From NCBI GenBank assembly GCA_051294375.1, contig CM119269.1, positions 8,939,619 through 9,003,618 on the forward strand: DNA of 64,000 nucleotides. The letters are read 5' to 3'. Position 1 is the first letter of the stretch, and each line of letters starts with the position of its first letter. The DNA comes from Paraspadella gotoi. Taxonomy: Eukaryota > Animalia > Chaetognatha. This document shows positions 11,961 through 26,194 of the stretch, in pieces. The notes under the pieces were generated by a model. It saw only the letters and a list, made by a program, of their open reading frames with translations. It searched no databases and was not told the DNA's origin. A program made the position numbers and the translations under genes.

Positions 11961-12829
11961 CCTATATCTCGGATAATCTTTAATCAATTTAGTTCGTATG
12001 TGATATTAAAGTAAGGTAACATACGTAGGACCTTTAACATGCAGATTTGTTATACAACTCTCCGCAACTCTCGGCAGGCATGGAACGGGTCTTGGGGTGG
12101 TAGGTACCGGGTTGGTCATGAGCTGATGGCTTTACTCACTGAACCACCGGGTCACGACTGAAGGTGTCAAGCTTAGACGTGGGGGGAACTTATGCAATGC
12201 CCGACTACAAAGATTTGTAATATATTCAGTTTCTGAATAAATATTGTTTTAAACAGCCTCATCATTTTTTTAGGCAATCTCTCTTTGACCTTTTTTGCAG
12301 AGGAATCAACATCACGATATAACTAAATAATTAGTATCATTCATATCTATTTCCAGAAGACAACACTAACGTCCCCATCCCAAAAAGATAATTAATAATA
12401 TATTTAAATATTTAACACAAAAAATATTTTAACAAATAAATAAAATAATAAAAATTAGTTATTTTTACATCTTAAAAAAAATGATAATGATAATGATAAT
12501 GATAAGTTCCTTGTCATAATTTTTCATTCAACATCATGAGTGAATCAGGAAGCAATGCTTTTGTCTCTTCACCATCTGCAATGACCGATTTGCCGATTCA
12601 TCGACCCTTCATCTTTTTTCTCGGTGTCTCGTGTTCTTCTGTCGTTTCGACTCAAAATTGAACTCGGAAGTCACTGAAGCGAAAATTCGAAATGGGAAGA
12701 ACAAATTAAACCAAATTATAATCCACCCCCCCCTTTTTTTACGTGTGTGTCTCTCTCTCTATCTTTTTATTTTTCTGTATTTCTCTCTGTTTCTCTCTCT
12801 TTTCGAGACCAAAGCTTTATTAACTCGCG

Positions 12830-12995
12830 AGCTGATTGGCTGAGATCGAAAGGCATCCAATCGATCTGCTTCTCGTTTCTTGAACCGTCGATTCTTATTG
12901 GTCAAAACTTATTTGCCCGCCGGATCTGATTGGTCAAAATTCGAATCCCGATTTTGATGAGATGTCTTCGCTTGGGGGAAACTAATTTTGCCCGG
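12830..12995. promoter_or_regulatory. Putative NF-Y (CCAAT-box) promoter cluster
   Basis: ATTGG at 12835, 12897 and 12929 plus CCAAT at 12857; two share the extended context ATTGGTCAAAA and are 32 bp apart; E2F-like TTTGCCCGCC between them. Confidence 0.4.
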
Positions 12996-13015
12996 GGCGG
13001 CGAAGGGGTTTTAAT

Positions 13016-13140
<125 letters not shown>

Positions 13141-13784
13141 GTCGTGTGATTCTCGAATTTCTAAGAAATATTCGTTCAAAGGAGAAAAGGAATAAATTTT
13201 CGATGAGGAAGAAAAGGAGGAGAGGGAAGGAAGGAGACAAATGGGGGTTAAATTAAAGAAGGGAAGATATTAAAATAATAATCAAAAGAAGGAAGGTACG
13301 TGTTATTATTACCTTGACAAAAATATTAGTTAAATCTATTAGGAGGCTGTATGTTTAAATAAAGGAAGATAAATAAAGATTAAGGGAATTTTAAGTTTGG
13401 AAGAAGTTAAGAAGGAAGAACTGATTAAGAAATGAATGGAAAATGAGAAAAAAAATGGGGAGAAATGGAGAAAATAAGAAAATGGGAAAAGCCAGATGAG
13501 TAATTGAGAAAACCGGAAAGAAGAAAAAAATGATTTGAGACAAAAAGGAGAAATTTTAGAAGTTGAATTCTTTTTTTTTTTTCGAGTCTCATTTGTTTCG
13601 ATGACCCGATACTTGAAGATCGAACACGCGGATGTTGACATCGACGGGGAAAAAACATTTAAAGGTTGAAGATGAAAATAAAAAAACATACAAACATACC
13701 AACCTACCAACATCTAAATTAGACATTTAAATAATATAGACTTAGTCGAAAAGAAAAGAAAAGTAAATCATTCGAAAAAAATCA

Positions 13785-14065
13785 ACACCATCATCATCAT
13801 AATGATCATCATCGTCATCATCATCATCATCGTCGCCATAATCATCATCGTCGTCGTCGTTGTCGTCGTCGACGTCGTCGTTGTCGTTGTCATTCATCAT
13901 CATCATCATCATCATCATCATCGTCATCATCATTACCATTATCATCATCGTCATCATCACTACCTTTTTGTTCTTTTTTTAGATCAGATCTTCTTATTCA
14001 GGATTTTCCTCGCGAACAAAAGACAAGCGGGAGAGGGAAGGAGGAGGGAAGGAGGAGGAGGGAGG

Positions 14066-14162
<97 letters not shown>

Positions 14163-14410
14163 AGATAGGCGACTCTAACGGTTGAGCGAAGATTGAGCCG
14201 AGAATTTGGTTACAAATCCGCTTTTGTCTTAGAGACGACGATGATGACGACGATAATGACGACGACGTCGTCGACAACAGCGAGTATGATGACAATGACA
14301 ACGACGGCGACGGTGACGAAGACAGCGACGACAACAGCGATGATGATGACAATGACAAAGACGGCGTCGAGAACAGCGAGGATGATGAGGCTAAAGGCGA
14401 CCCGTAATGT
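13785..14410. repeat. Degenerate (CAT/CGT)n and (GAT/GAC)n trinucleotide tracts flanking an (AG)n run
   Basis: Seen directly; explains the poly-D/M/H/T/S ORFs in the track. Confidence 0.85.
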
Positions 14411-15848
14411 GACGAGGGCGATCTGAGAGATAATTTGGATTCGCCTAAATTTACTTCAATGATGAATGACAATGATTAGAACAGACAACAACGAAAATAC
14501 AAAAAGATGATAACGACAGAGATGACGGGAAAATAAATTTAGGAGGACGAAAAAGACGATGATAGAACTGATTTCGACGAATACAATAGCGAAAGGAACG
14601 ACGAAGAAAAGCTCTAGGACAACGTCGGAAATATAAAAAAAAATTAGTTTTGAGATAAATGATAAAACCTAAATCTATGACAATTTAAAATCGATGATAT
14701 ATGAGAATCTAAGAATTTGAATTTATAATTGTACGAACTAGCAGCAAGCTAGTATACTTATGAACTTTTTCGAAATTTTTTTTTTTAAATACGAAAATGA
14801 AAAATACGTTGGAATATGAAAATTTTTAAATAAGCATTGAGTTATCCACGCCACCGCCGCCGCCGCCGCCTCCGACGACGACGACGATAAAGACGACGCC
14901 TATTCCCGATTTAATCCGATTTAATTATTTTTAATTATTTTTCGGAATTAGACAATTAGTTCGAATTCTCTCTTTTTTTCTCTAAAATGGGAAATTTAAT
15001 CCAAATAACAGAAGATTTTTTCGTTTTAATCTTTCGACACGAAATGAGTTTCGCCGAATCGACGCAAATTCGAAATAGCGCCTTCTTCATTGTCGACGAG
15101 AGTTTGAAAAGGGATTAGTGAGAAAAAAAAAAAGATTTTTAAGTGTAGTATTTATTATAGAATATGAACCGAACTGAAATTGGTTATCACAGGTTAGTTG
15201 GTGATTATAAGTGAAAGTGAATTTTCGTGAGTGAGTAAATGATGAATTTTGTAAAGCCGCTCGTCATTGTCGTCGTAATCGTCGTGATCGTCTTTGTTAT
15301 TGTCATCGTCGTAATCGTTGTCGTCGTCGTCGTCATCGTCATTGACATCTGGAGAGAGAAAATAGAGAATTTAAAATAAACCTACCCTNNNNNNNNNNNN
15401 NNNNNNNNNNNNNNNNNNNNNNNNNNNNNNNNNNNNNNNNNNNNNNNNNNNNNNNNNNNNNNNNNNNNNNNNNNNTTCCTTCTCCGCCCATAACATAGAA
15501 TATTACACTCATGCATCTAATTTTCCCGGTGATAAACATGTAGACGACTCTTCTGTCGTCGTCGTCGTCGTCGTTATCGCCGTCGTCGTCCATATATATT
15601 CTCCGTTTGCTCTTTTGACTTTTTCTCTATATGTGCCAAACACACACATAATCAAATTGTGAGCATCAATGATTACAAAGAAGAGAGCAAAGAAAAAGAA
15701 AGCAAAGAAGATTGCAAAGAAGATGACAAAAAGATTGCATGGAAGATGGCAAAGATAATGGCGAAGTTGATGGGAGTAAAGTTGATGATGGCAGAAATTA
15801 GTCAAGTGACCGAAGGTGATAATGAAAAAAGAAAAGTAGGGGAATCGG

Positions 15849-15923
<75 letters not shown>

Positions 15924-16625
15924 AGAGAGGAGAGAGAGAGAGAGAGTTTCCAAAGCAAACAAAGCTCGGATGCCCGGCCTTAATTGCCAACTCGGCTGAC
16001 TTTTCGAGGATTCGAGACTTTCATTGTATTAGGGATTCATTTCCGAGAAATGGGGAAATGGGTTGATGAGCCACTCGCTCGCCCCTCTCTCCCCCCCCTA
16101 GGGAGTGGCAGGGGGGGGCAGAGGTAGCAGAATGGGAGGTGGGAGGGCGAGGATGACCAGACCTCGATTCGGGCAGCTGCTCAGACTCGTTTCCCTCGCA
16201 ACTCAATTACGTCGAAATCCCCATGAATTGGAAATTGTTTAAGGTGGTGGAAAGGTGGGAATGGGGGGTTGGAGAGGGGGGTGGTGGAAACAGGGGGAGG
16301 GAAAGGGGAAAAGGGGCAAAGGGTTAGGGTTGTGGGGGTTCTGGAGAAAGAGAGAGAGAGAGAAAGTAAAATTGGGGAGGGAAAGGAAATTGTAGTTGAG
16401 AAAGAGAATTTATTAACTTGAGAAAGAGGGAAAGAGCGGTTAAAGAGGGTTGAGGGTGATAGTTATAAAAAGACGCTTCCATAACAAAAGTATTTTTCAA
16501 TTGATAATAAAAGTGAAGTCAACTTTGAACAAAAGTTCGAACGTAATTTAACGGAATCTAAACCATTCGACACAAATCGTAAAAAGATTTTTCACTTTGA
16601 AACAAAAAAAGGAAAAAAAGTTTCC

Positions 16626-16706
<81 letters not shown>

Positions 16707-16867
16707 AATCTCTCTCTCTCTTCCTCTTCTGATAAAAACTAAAAATTAGAAAGGAAGAAACAAAGGAAAGAAAAAAAAAAAGAAAGAAATTTGAGGTCAG
16801 GTAGAAAATAATTTAGCCAATTAGCAAGGAAAGACCGGAAAAAAAGATTAGTTGTGTCCACAGCCGG

Positions 16868-16975
<108 letters not shown>

Positions 16976-17704
16976 AAAAAAGGAATGGAGATAATTTAAT
17001 AAAACATCGAAGACAAACGGACGATCGCCATTCCCGGTTCGAACCCGGTCGTTACTGTATTAAAAAAAAAGAAATAAAAAAAAGAGCTTTAAAAAATTGG
17101 GCGTTTTTATTTTAAAAACCGAAAGTTGAGAATTAATGAATGCGATATTTTTTTTTCTCTGTCCGGTTATATCTGAAGAGTTGTAATAATAAAGGCGAAA
17201 TAAAATGTTTGTACAAGGAGACTCAAAGAATCGTTGAGAACAGGGAATACTGAGGATAAAGTTTAATTTTTTTCGGTTTTAAAAGTTCCTTCTTTCTAGT
17301 TTTAATCTTGTGTTTCATTAAATTTCATTAAATATTTTTTATGTAAAATTAAATTTCAAAGATTTCACAGGAAACCTTCTCAAAGCGTTTTAATGTCAAG
17401 TTCAACAAGCAACATGTCTTGTTAGTATTGTCTTTGAAAAAGCTGTCATAAAATTAGTTTTGAAATCAGGTTTTTTTTCCGCATAAACTAATCCAGATTT
17501 TTTTTAGTAACGTTTTTATCAAAACAAATTGATGATAATTGTCGACGAACGTTTTAGGATAACGATAAAATCGAAATGAAAGTCAGCGTTTGTATAAAAA
17601 TGTACATATTTTTGATAAAAGTACTAGATATGTATAAACGTCGCTTTCGGCTAACATCTTCAGCTCCGACTGATCCATCTCAAATTTTCATCCAACATCA
17701 TATT

Positions 17705-17855
17705 CAGCCCAATCTAATCCCCAGCCCAATCTAATCCCCAGCCCAAGCTCCTTTCCCAGCCTCGTCCTTTTTCAAATCCCCTTCCGCAACCCCATCCTCA
17801 ACCCCAGCCCAAACCCCAGCCCCAACCCAAACCCCAGCACCAACCCCAGCCTAAT
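17705..17855. repeat. Short C-rich minisatellite
   Basis: CAGCCCAATCTAATCCC twice, followed by degenerate 12-bp AACCCCAGCCCC units. Confidence 0.7.
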
Positions 17856-18776
17856 CGAGTTATCATCCGTGGTTCTTCTCGGCCTTCAAACTCAAAGGTT
17901 GAAGGACGAGAGAAGAATCGGAAATTTACTTTCTTTTCTTTTTCCTTCTTTTCTTTCCTTTTCTCTATTTTTCCTTTTTTTCTTTCCTTTTCTTACTTTT
18001 TTATTTTTTGTCTTTATTTTTTATTCATTTTGTTTATTTTTTTACATTCTTTTATATTTTATTTATAGGAAAATAATAAATTTTGGGTTAAAACAAATTA
18101 TAAACGAGAAAAAAAGGAATAAGTCAAATCTTAAGACAAAAGAGGAAGTACGTAGTAAGACTTCAAAAAGCTACAATGTGAAAAAGTCAGTCCAAATGTA
18201 AAGTGAGTCTGTCATAAAGTGATAAATGAAATTGATAAAATGATAAAGGGATAAGTGATTTAAGTGATTAATTGACAAAGTGATTGATACTCGAGTACGA
18301 TATTGGGTAAAGATCACAGGATTCACAAATTCCCCCCAAATTTCCCTCAAATTTCCATCTCTCGCCATTCCACGTCCCCCCCTCCTCACAACGAAACACC
18401 ATGAAACAATAATCTCGGTGCCATCAATCGGCGATTGACCCAGGAAGGACTCGACCCGCTAATCCAAAAACAAAAACCATTATCTCGGCTCCATTATTCA
18501 AGTGTTGACAAAGGCTCGACTCAACGCCATTAGCCTGGATGTCAGGCGGTGGCGGGTGGCGTGGGGGAAGGGAGAGTAGGGAGTGGGGGGGAGGGAAGGA
18601 AGGGGGAAGACAGAGAGACAGAGAGAGAGAGAGAGGGGGAGAGAGGCGGCCTTAATGTAAACCCATTCGAAGAAAATTGAGAGGCGAACTACTTTTTGAC
18701 GAAAAGTTCAGCGTCGTCCCTCTCTGTCTCTGTCTGTCTCGCTCTCGCGCCGTCTCTCATTCGCTCTCACTCTATT

Positions 18777-18866
<90 letters not shown>

Positions 18867-21434
18867 TCTCTCTCTGTTCTCTCTCTCTCTCTCACCGTCG
18901 AGAAGATGCGCGTGGCTGGAATCGAAAGGTGAGGGAGAGAGAGAGAGAGAGAGGCGAGAGAGAGAGAGGAAAAAAAAGAGAGGGAGAGAGAGAGGTAAGG
19001 TAGGGAAGTGTAAGTTAAGATTAAATTTGAGGGAAAATTATTATACGTAAATACATACTATATAATTATCTTGTAAGAAGGATGTAAGAGTTTAACTCCA
19101 TTGTCAGTGGCAAATTAGCTTATTGATCAAATAAATATGGATAATTTCATGTTGTTTATAGCAATTTTAAAAATATTTCAAAATAACATAGATATTAGGT
19201 GAGGATGTGAAAAGGGTGAAGATCGAAAGTCCTTTTACATTCTGGGCTAAGATGAGTCTTAATGAATCATATCACTTACCCAAAGGTCGATAAAAAATGA
19301 TTTAAATATAAAAAATTACCATATACAATTATACATACATTAACAAATATTTAGAATCGAGTATTAAACACGGATTGAACCCTAAGATTCATGAAAGAAC
19401 CCCGTGTTTCAAGAACGGAACTCGGTCAGAGAAGATGGAACCAAGATGGAACCTTTGACTGGGTCACGTGACCATTTCTCCTTCTCGTCGAGTCCGAATC
19501 GTAAACCGACTGATCTTTGCTCTCGAAGACAGACAGACCGACGCTGGCCGACGGAAGGACGGACCGACGGCCCGATAGATTTTTAACTATGTCTTCATCG
19601 ATTTTACCTGGAAAAAAATATCAGAAAATATTTATTATATTTACTAATGAAGTGACAAAAAATGTTAGTCGAAATTCGATCGGGTGATTACACAGGACAA
19701 AGTAAGGGCAGAGCCAGACATGGATAAAGCGTTGAGGGCAAAGGAAAAAGGGCAAAGAGCAAAGGCGAAGGACACGGAGCAAAGCGCAAAGGGCAAAGGC
19801 GGAGGAAAATGGGCAAAGGCAAAGGGAACGGGCAAGTGTCAGATAAGTCATTTTTAACCTTATTTTCTACAGATGCTCCTTCTATTTCAAAAAGACAACA
19901 CTAACTTCCCTCTCCTCATTATATTATTAGATATAAAATAAATAATAATTAAAGATAATACTTGGTGAAACACATTAATTTAGTCTAATATATTTGAAAC
20001 AAGTAATCTTCCAATCATAAATATAACAATTTTTTTCGGACGAAAAACAAAAGGAGAAAGAAAGCGTGAGACGGAGTGGGTGTTGGAGAGAAAGACAGAG
20101 ATAGAATCGAAGAGAAAGACAGATATGGAGTCGACAAGAGAGACAGAGATGGAGTCGAAGAGAAAGACGGAGAGGGAGACCAAGAAAAAGAAATTCAAGG
20201 ACTCGAGGGAGCGACCCAAATACCGAGGGGGGAATTTTCGTGGCCTCGATGACCATCGCGGGTCTAAACAGCCCCACGACCCTCGCCGGTCCCTCGCCCC
20301 CCTTTTCTTTCTCCTCTGCCTCCTTTTTCGAACGTCGACGGAGGGCGAGGGGGGAGGAGGAGGAGGAGGAGAGGAGGAGGAGGGGGGGAATGAATTACGA
20401 TTCGTGAGTTAAGGGGTTTTGTTATGGTTTGGGTTGGGGGCGGAGGGATGTAAATTAAAATGGATACAGGATGGAAAGAAGGGCAAACGGAGAAAAAGAA
20501 TGAATGATGAAAATATCTAGAAATAAATAATAATTAGGAAAATAATTAGAATGAGCTGTGAGTTCTTCCGAGTTGCGTGAGAAAAAAGGATGAGAAAAAA
20601 AAAGAAGAGGAAAGGAAAAAATCGGAAAAAAAAGAAAAGAAAAAAAAGGAAATAAAAGCAAGAAAAAAGAAAAGGAAAGGAGAGAAAAGAGAAAGAAATA
20701 AAGAAAAAAAGGAATAAAGAAAAAAAAAGAGATAGAAGTAAAGAAGACAAATTTTTTCATGATGGAATTAACATCGCATTTTGGCCTTGGGAGTCAAAAA
20801 GGAAAAATCGTCCCGAGGGGAAAGGAGAGAAGATTGGGATGAGGAAGAGGAGGAAGAAGAGGAGGAGAAAGAGGAGGAGGAGGAAGAGGCGGTCAGCCGT
20901 TGACGCCCTTCATTCCACTGATGGTCATATTAACCTCCATCCACGCCATCTGCTTCCGAGAAGGAGAAGACAAGTCGCCGATTATATCGGTTCGCCGCCG
21001 CCGCCACTATCACCGCCGTCCCATCGCCGCAGCCGCCGCCACCAATGGCCGCTAATAACGCCGCTGGTTTTGGCCATCCCTCTAGATCGCCACTCCCGAC
21101 GGCCTCCACTGGCCGACACCCACCACCGCCATCCACCGCCAACATCCCCGTTTATCACTCTCCTTTACCCGACAACCCCTGATCGACAATTGGACACTAC
21201 ACCCCTTGGCGGATATTCCCTTCCTCTCCACCAACCAGCGTCAACACCCAAACCCAATAATACGCCAGCTTATTTGTTTAACGTTATCGTAAATAAGACC
21301 GGCGTCGTGGGAAGGGCGTCATCCGCGCGAGATGAACGGCGCCGGAAGGGGGTGGCGGCGTCCAAGAAATTGCCTGAAAAATGACGCCGGAATGTTTTAG
21401 GTTTTTTTTAGAAAAGTTGACGGCGATAATATAA

Positions 21435-21474
<40 letters not shown>

Positions 21475-22450
21475 AATTCACGTCTTTCTTTCTTGTAATG
21501 TTTACTGCAGAATTAAAAGTACAATATAATTAAAAAACAACTGGCATTTGGATCGCGAAAAAATTAATTAGGTGAAATATTCTTGATTTTTTGGCATGGC
21601 ATTCAATGACATGGCTGGCTAGGCTGGAATTGCTGGAACTGCAGGCACGTATGAGACCGAACATTGCTTGAATTTTAAAATTACTTTGTCTCTGAACATA
21701 GAAGCGACAACAACGACTCAATGACGACGGGATATTTTTCATTATTAGAAGGATAATGACATCAAACATCGAATTTCTGTCGTTAATTAATGTCAACGAT
21801 TTATCACGAATTTTAATTATGCTCTGACAACATTTAGAAAAAAATCGAATCTTGAAATTAAGAAAAGTATGAACAAATGAACAAAAAGTATAAAAGAAGA
21901 AAAACAAGAATAAAACTAAAAGTAAATTGTGGCATTAGAAAGGTTAGAAAAGAATTAACAGCGATTTAAAAGTTAAAGCAAGCCTATTAAATTTCAAAAT
22001 AAACGTTTTTCACAAGGTAGCAGATAATAAATAATAGCAATGTGTAATTATTTCTCAAAGACTCGTTTGTTTTGGCGATATTAAAAGAATTTTTATCGAC
22101 ACAAAATTTATTCGCGATTTCAAAGGGAGAAAATTAAAGAATAAAAAAAAAACAGGTTTGGTTTTTCAAGGGGGAGATCGCTTTTAAAATTCATTTTGTT
22201 GAATTATTTTAAAGTAGAAAATTAGGGTCTATTGAATTTAATGAATTACTTGAGAAGAAAGTAAAGCAGGAGTCAAAATTCTCCTCGAAGGACATGGAAG
22301 ATTAATTAATAATTATAATTACAGAAATATATTCAAAATATAATAATATCATGAAAACATTGTGGACGCATCAGAGCAAATTTGGTTTTGATTTAAAAAT
22401 CAAAATTGGCCCCACCTTTTCTCAATTTCTTGAGTTTTATTCGGACAATT

Positions 22451-22502
<52 letters not shown>

Positions 22503-22665
22503 TTGGCGCCGGCATTCTTCTCCCGTCACCCCGGCCTCGTCATTAATCGACCCCATCGTCGTCCGTCCCTTCGGCCAACAACCCCGTCCCCTTTGATTAA
22601 ACGCGGCGGCTCGACGGGCGACGCCCACTCGAGGATTTTTTTAAGATTTCAGAATTAAAGAATTC

Positions 22666-22753
<88 letters not shown>

Positions 22754-23756
22754 TGAGAGAGAGAGATTAAATGAAATTATCTCCCCGTGGGATCGAAAGA
22801 GAATTTCTGATTTCCTTTTAATTTTTAGTTTTAATGACAAAAGATTCAAACTTTCAAAGTGTTTTCTTTTTTTTGCGGCAAAATCGTGATGACGACATCA
22901 AACTCACCTTTTTTTATTTCTTACTTTCGCTGTTTTAATTACATATCAAATCTGAGGTTAAATTCTTAAGTTAAAAAATATTCATTTTCTTTTAATCAAA
23001 AGGATAAAGATTTTTAAAAAAAAGGAAACATTTAATTTTGTCTAAAAACTAACTGATTTTCGATAACACACAGTCACTGAGTTAAATTTCCTTCCCATAA
23101 ACGTTTAAAATCAAATTCTTTAATAAAAATGCTCTTTAATAAAACAATTCATGTAAACGCTGCACAACGAAGCGAACAAAAAAACCGCTCAAAAAACACC
23201 GAACGCCAAATGCAATGAAATAATAAAATAAATTGTGGTAGCAATTTCCTTTTAAAAATCAATAATGAAGTCAAAAATAAAGCGAAAAAGAACAAATTTC
23301 CTTGAATCTCAGCGACGCACGAGACTTAAAAAAAAAATGAATTCAAGTGTGAGAAAAATATAGTTTTTATGAGGTAATAATTAATGATAATTAGTGTTAA
23401 TTAATAATTAAAGGGATTGCCCAAGTTTCTCGAGTCCATGAGAAATTCCGTTTCTGAGTTTTCCAGTTTCTGTTCGTTTCTGCTTTTGGTCCATCCCTCC
23501 TCCCGTTCTTTTTCTTCTCCAGCAAGGTCACTTCTTTCTCCAGCAAAACTTGAACTACGTCCAGCTGCCTCTCTTTTCTCTCGTCCGTCGACTCTTCCTT
23601 CCACCTTCCTGCACCTCCCTTTCTCAATTGGCTCTTCCTCTCTTCCCCACCTCCTTCTCCTCCCTCTACTCTCCTCTCCTCCCTCTCCTCCTCTCCACCC
23701 TCTACTCTCCTCCTCCCTCTATTCCTCCTCCCTCTCATCCCCTACTCCTCTCCCTC

Positions 23757-24533
23757 TCACGCCGTCAACTTCCTCTCCCACATCTTCACGCCCCTGATGC
23801 TCGTGGTCGCGTAGTCGGGAAACGGGGAGTCCAAGACCGCAATGGCAAAGCAAGTGTAGGCTTGCGTGAACCATCTGGGCACGGAGCAATGCTTGGACTC
23901 TCCGGGCCTGGTGAACGGTTCGCCGCTCCAATCTTCGCACAGAATGTCGAAGGCCGACCATTCGTCGCAAGGGGAATCGTTGGAACCCAATAGTTGATAC
24001 CAGAGGGCGCCGCAAAAATATCCGCGGCGCCGACAGTTATTGTCAGGTTGGGCGGAGAACTCGACCCGGCCTGCGTAGCAGAGTTAACTTATTCATTTCA
24101 ATCTCATTTGCATATTGTAGAAGTTTAGATTGTTTCTCATACGTATTTTTTTTTTTTTGCTCGATTTTCTTAGAAGTTTTTAATGTGTGTGAATAGTTTT
24201 ATCAAGGTTTATAACTTATTGACTTAAAATTCAGATGTTTAATTGTAGTATTGTAGCTTTAGAAATGAAAGTATTTTTTTCTTATTAGGAAAAAGGGTGG
24301 TCCCATGTCCCGCTCTACCTGGAACGACGGAGACGTTTAAGACCCAACCGAGGAGATGAGGGAAGGCGAAGTCGGTCGTCCCGGATCCCAACTCGTCTCG
24401 TCCACTCTTCCAAAAAAGATCTTTGCTGGTGAAGAATGCGTTGCCCGGGGACGAAGTGTTGGTGTTGAGGGAATTCGTCCATGGCATGATGTTGTATAAG
24501 TTGAAGTCGAGGTTGGCGATGGAGACCCCGATG

Positions 24534-24615
<82 letters not shown>

Positions 24616-25099
24616 GTGAGAGTTCGGAAAAGGGAGAGAAGTGCAGAAGTGAGAAGAGGATTTAAAGAGGGTTGATTAACTTAAAGCGATCAAATGCTTC
24701 CAAACAAAGTCATATTTTACAAAAGTGACCCATTTCGGCTAAAATTGGGAGTTAATTATATTTTTAAATTTAAGGATTAGGTTAGGGGTAATGGAGAGGG
24801 ATTAGGTTAAAGATTAGGTTAGGGTTAGACCCAAAGGTAAGAAATTGAGTTATGTATTTGATAAGATATTAAAGTTAGATATTTGAATTAAAATCAAGTT
24901 TAGAGATTGGGAAAAAGAAATAAGGCGCTTTGTGAAAAGAGTGCCCAAAATTCTATAAGTTTGTTCAAAATTTAATTAGCAATACCATATGACGTTTGAC
25001 AAAAGAACAAAAGAACTCACCACTGGGATATCCGATCGGCAAGACGCGCAGTTGGCCGTAAGCAACGGTCACGAAGGCAAAGAAAATTAAGAGCTTCAT
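23757..25099 (-). CDS. Secreted discoidin/F5-8 type C-like (galactose-binding-like fold) protein, 203 aa, 3 exons (25021-25099, 24319-24537, 23757-24070)
   Basis: Signal peptide MKLLIFFAFVTVAYG; two phase-1 GT-AG introns; intact 612-nt frame. The motif order WKSG..FPHLLGW..VEFSAQP..LLGSND..W..L..YTCFAIAVL..SIRGVKMW resembles the beta-sandwich pattern of F5/8C-like domains. Gene structure is firm; the family call is an inference. Confidence 0.8.
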
Positions 25100-25192
25100 T
25101 TTCACCGATTTTGTGATTTCGTGGCGAAGGTGTGAATTCGGCGTCTGTGAGGTTCACGAGATGAAGCTGCAATCGAAAGCGATTTTCGTGAC

Positions 25193-25199
25193 TTTTATA
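25193..25199 (-). promoter_or_regulatory. TATA box of the discoidin-like gene
   Basis: TATAAAA on the minus strand ~95 bp upstream of the ATG at 25099. Confidence 0.5.
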
Positions 25200-26133
25200 G
25201 TGGATCTCACTTCAGTCTGAATGTCATAGGAAAGTGTGATTAGTGTGTTAATGGAGTCGCGGAAGCAGAATCAGCTTATGTGTGATAATCATGAACTCTA
25301 AAATGTTATACATTAATCTCATTCACATATTCTCTAACTGTAGTGAGTTAAAGTTTGTACCATAAACGTTTTCTCTAGTTGCGAATCAGCGAAGCAAAAA
25401 CAAAAGTTCGAAAGTTTTTCTTTTTCATTTGGACGACAATCAATTTTACATGAAATAACAATCGTTATTTACAAAAACTTTAACCTCGTGGAAGTTGAAA
25501 CAAAGGAATACAAATTTTAAACTTATTCTTTAATTTTTTTTAAAAAATTGAAACACGAACGTAGCTCATGTTCAATAAAGAAAGGAATTTCTTACACAAT
25601 GGCACGCCTTTTAGCGCCGATGAATCACATTCGTTTATCTGAAAAAATGAATATAAATCGAAAATCCTCTTCATGGTCTTTCACACAATTTTAATCGTCT
25701 TCTTTTTCCGATCCTGTCGACAACCATGTTCCATCTGATAAGTATGATGGAGACTTATTGCTACAAACAACAGCTACAAACCCAGTTACAATTCCAGCTA
25801 CAAATCATCTACCTCGGCATCATGCAGTTCAAAATTCACCACCCTCCTTCGGCAAATCAATAGATAATTTTTCTCACTCCCGCCCCATCTTTTCACGCGT
25901 CTCACTGCCCTTCATCTCCCTCCCCCAGTTTTCTCCACTTTTCTATTTTCCTCTTCCCTTCCTCTTTCCCTTCAACTATTACCCCCCCTCCACCACGCCT
26001 CCATCACCCCTCCGGCGCCACCCCCCACTCCCCCCACTTTTTTCCGACGCCGACAAATGATGGCGCTAATAGCGTCGATGACGTTTCAATTTCCGAATAC
26101 AAAAGATTTTTTCCCCGCGTATTGAATTCCGGC

Positions 26134-26194
<61 letters not shown>

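Noticed and set aside
12530-12615. Possible C/D-box snoRNA (GACCGATTTGC looks antisense to a conserved 28S rRNA segment)
   Set aside because: Only an 11-nt match recalled from memory; no canonical C and D boxes on the same strand as the putative guide. A snoscan/Infernal hit would be needed.
15659-15853. 64-aa charged ORF (MSINDYKEESKEKESK...)
   Set aside because: Built from a decayed 12-bp GCAAAGAAGATN repeat with a non-ATG start.
20890-21390. GC-rich island as a coding exon
   Set aside because: An acceptor-like site exists on the minus strand near 21374, but all three frames stop within ~35 codons and no partner exon or domain was identified.
24775-24950. TTAGG/TTAGGG motifs as interstitial telomere
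   Set aside because: Only a few scattered units, part of a dispersed repeat also present inverted at ~11670-11830.
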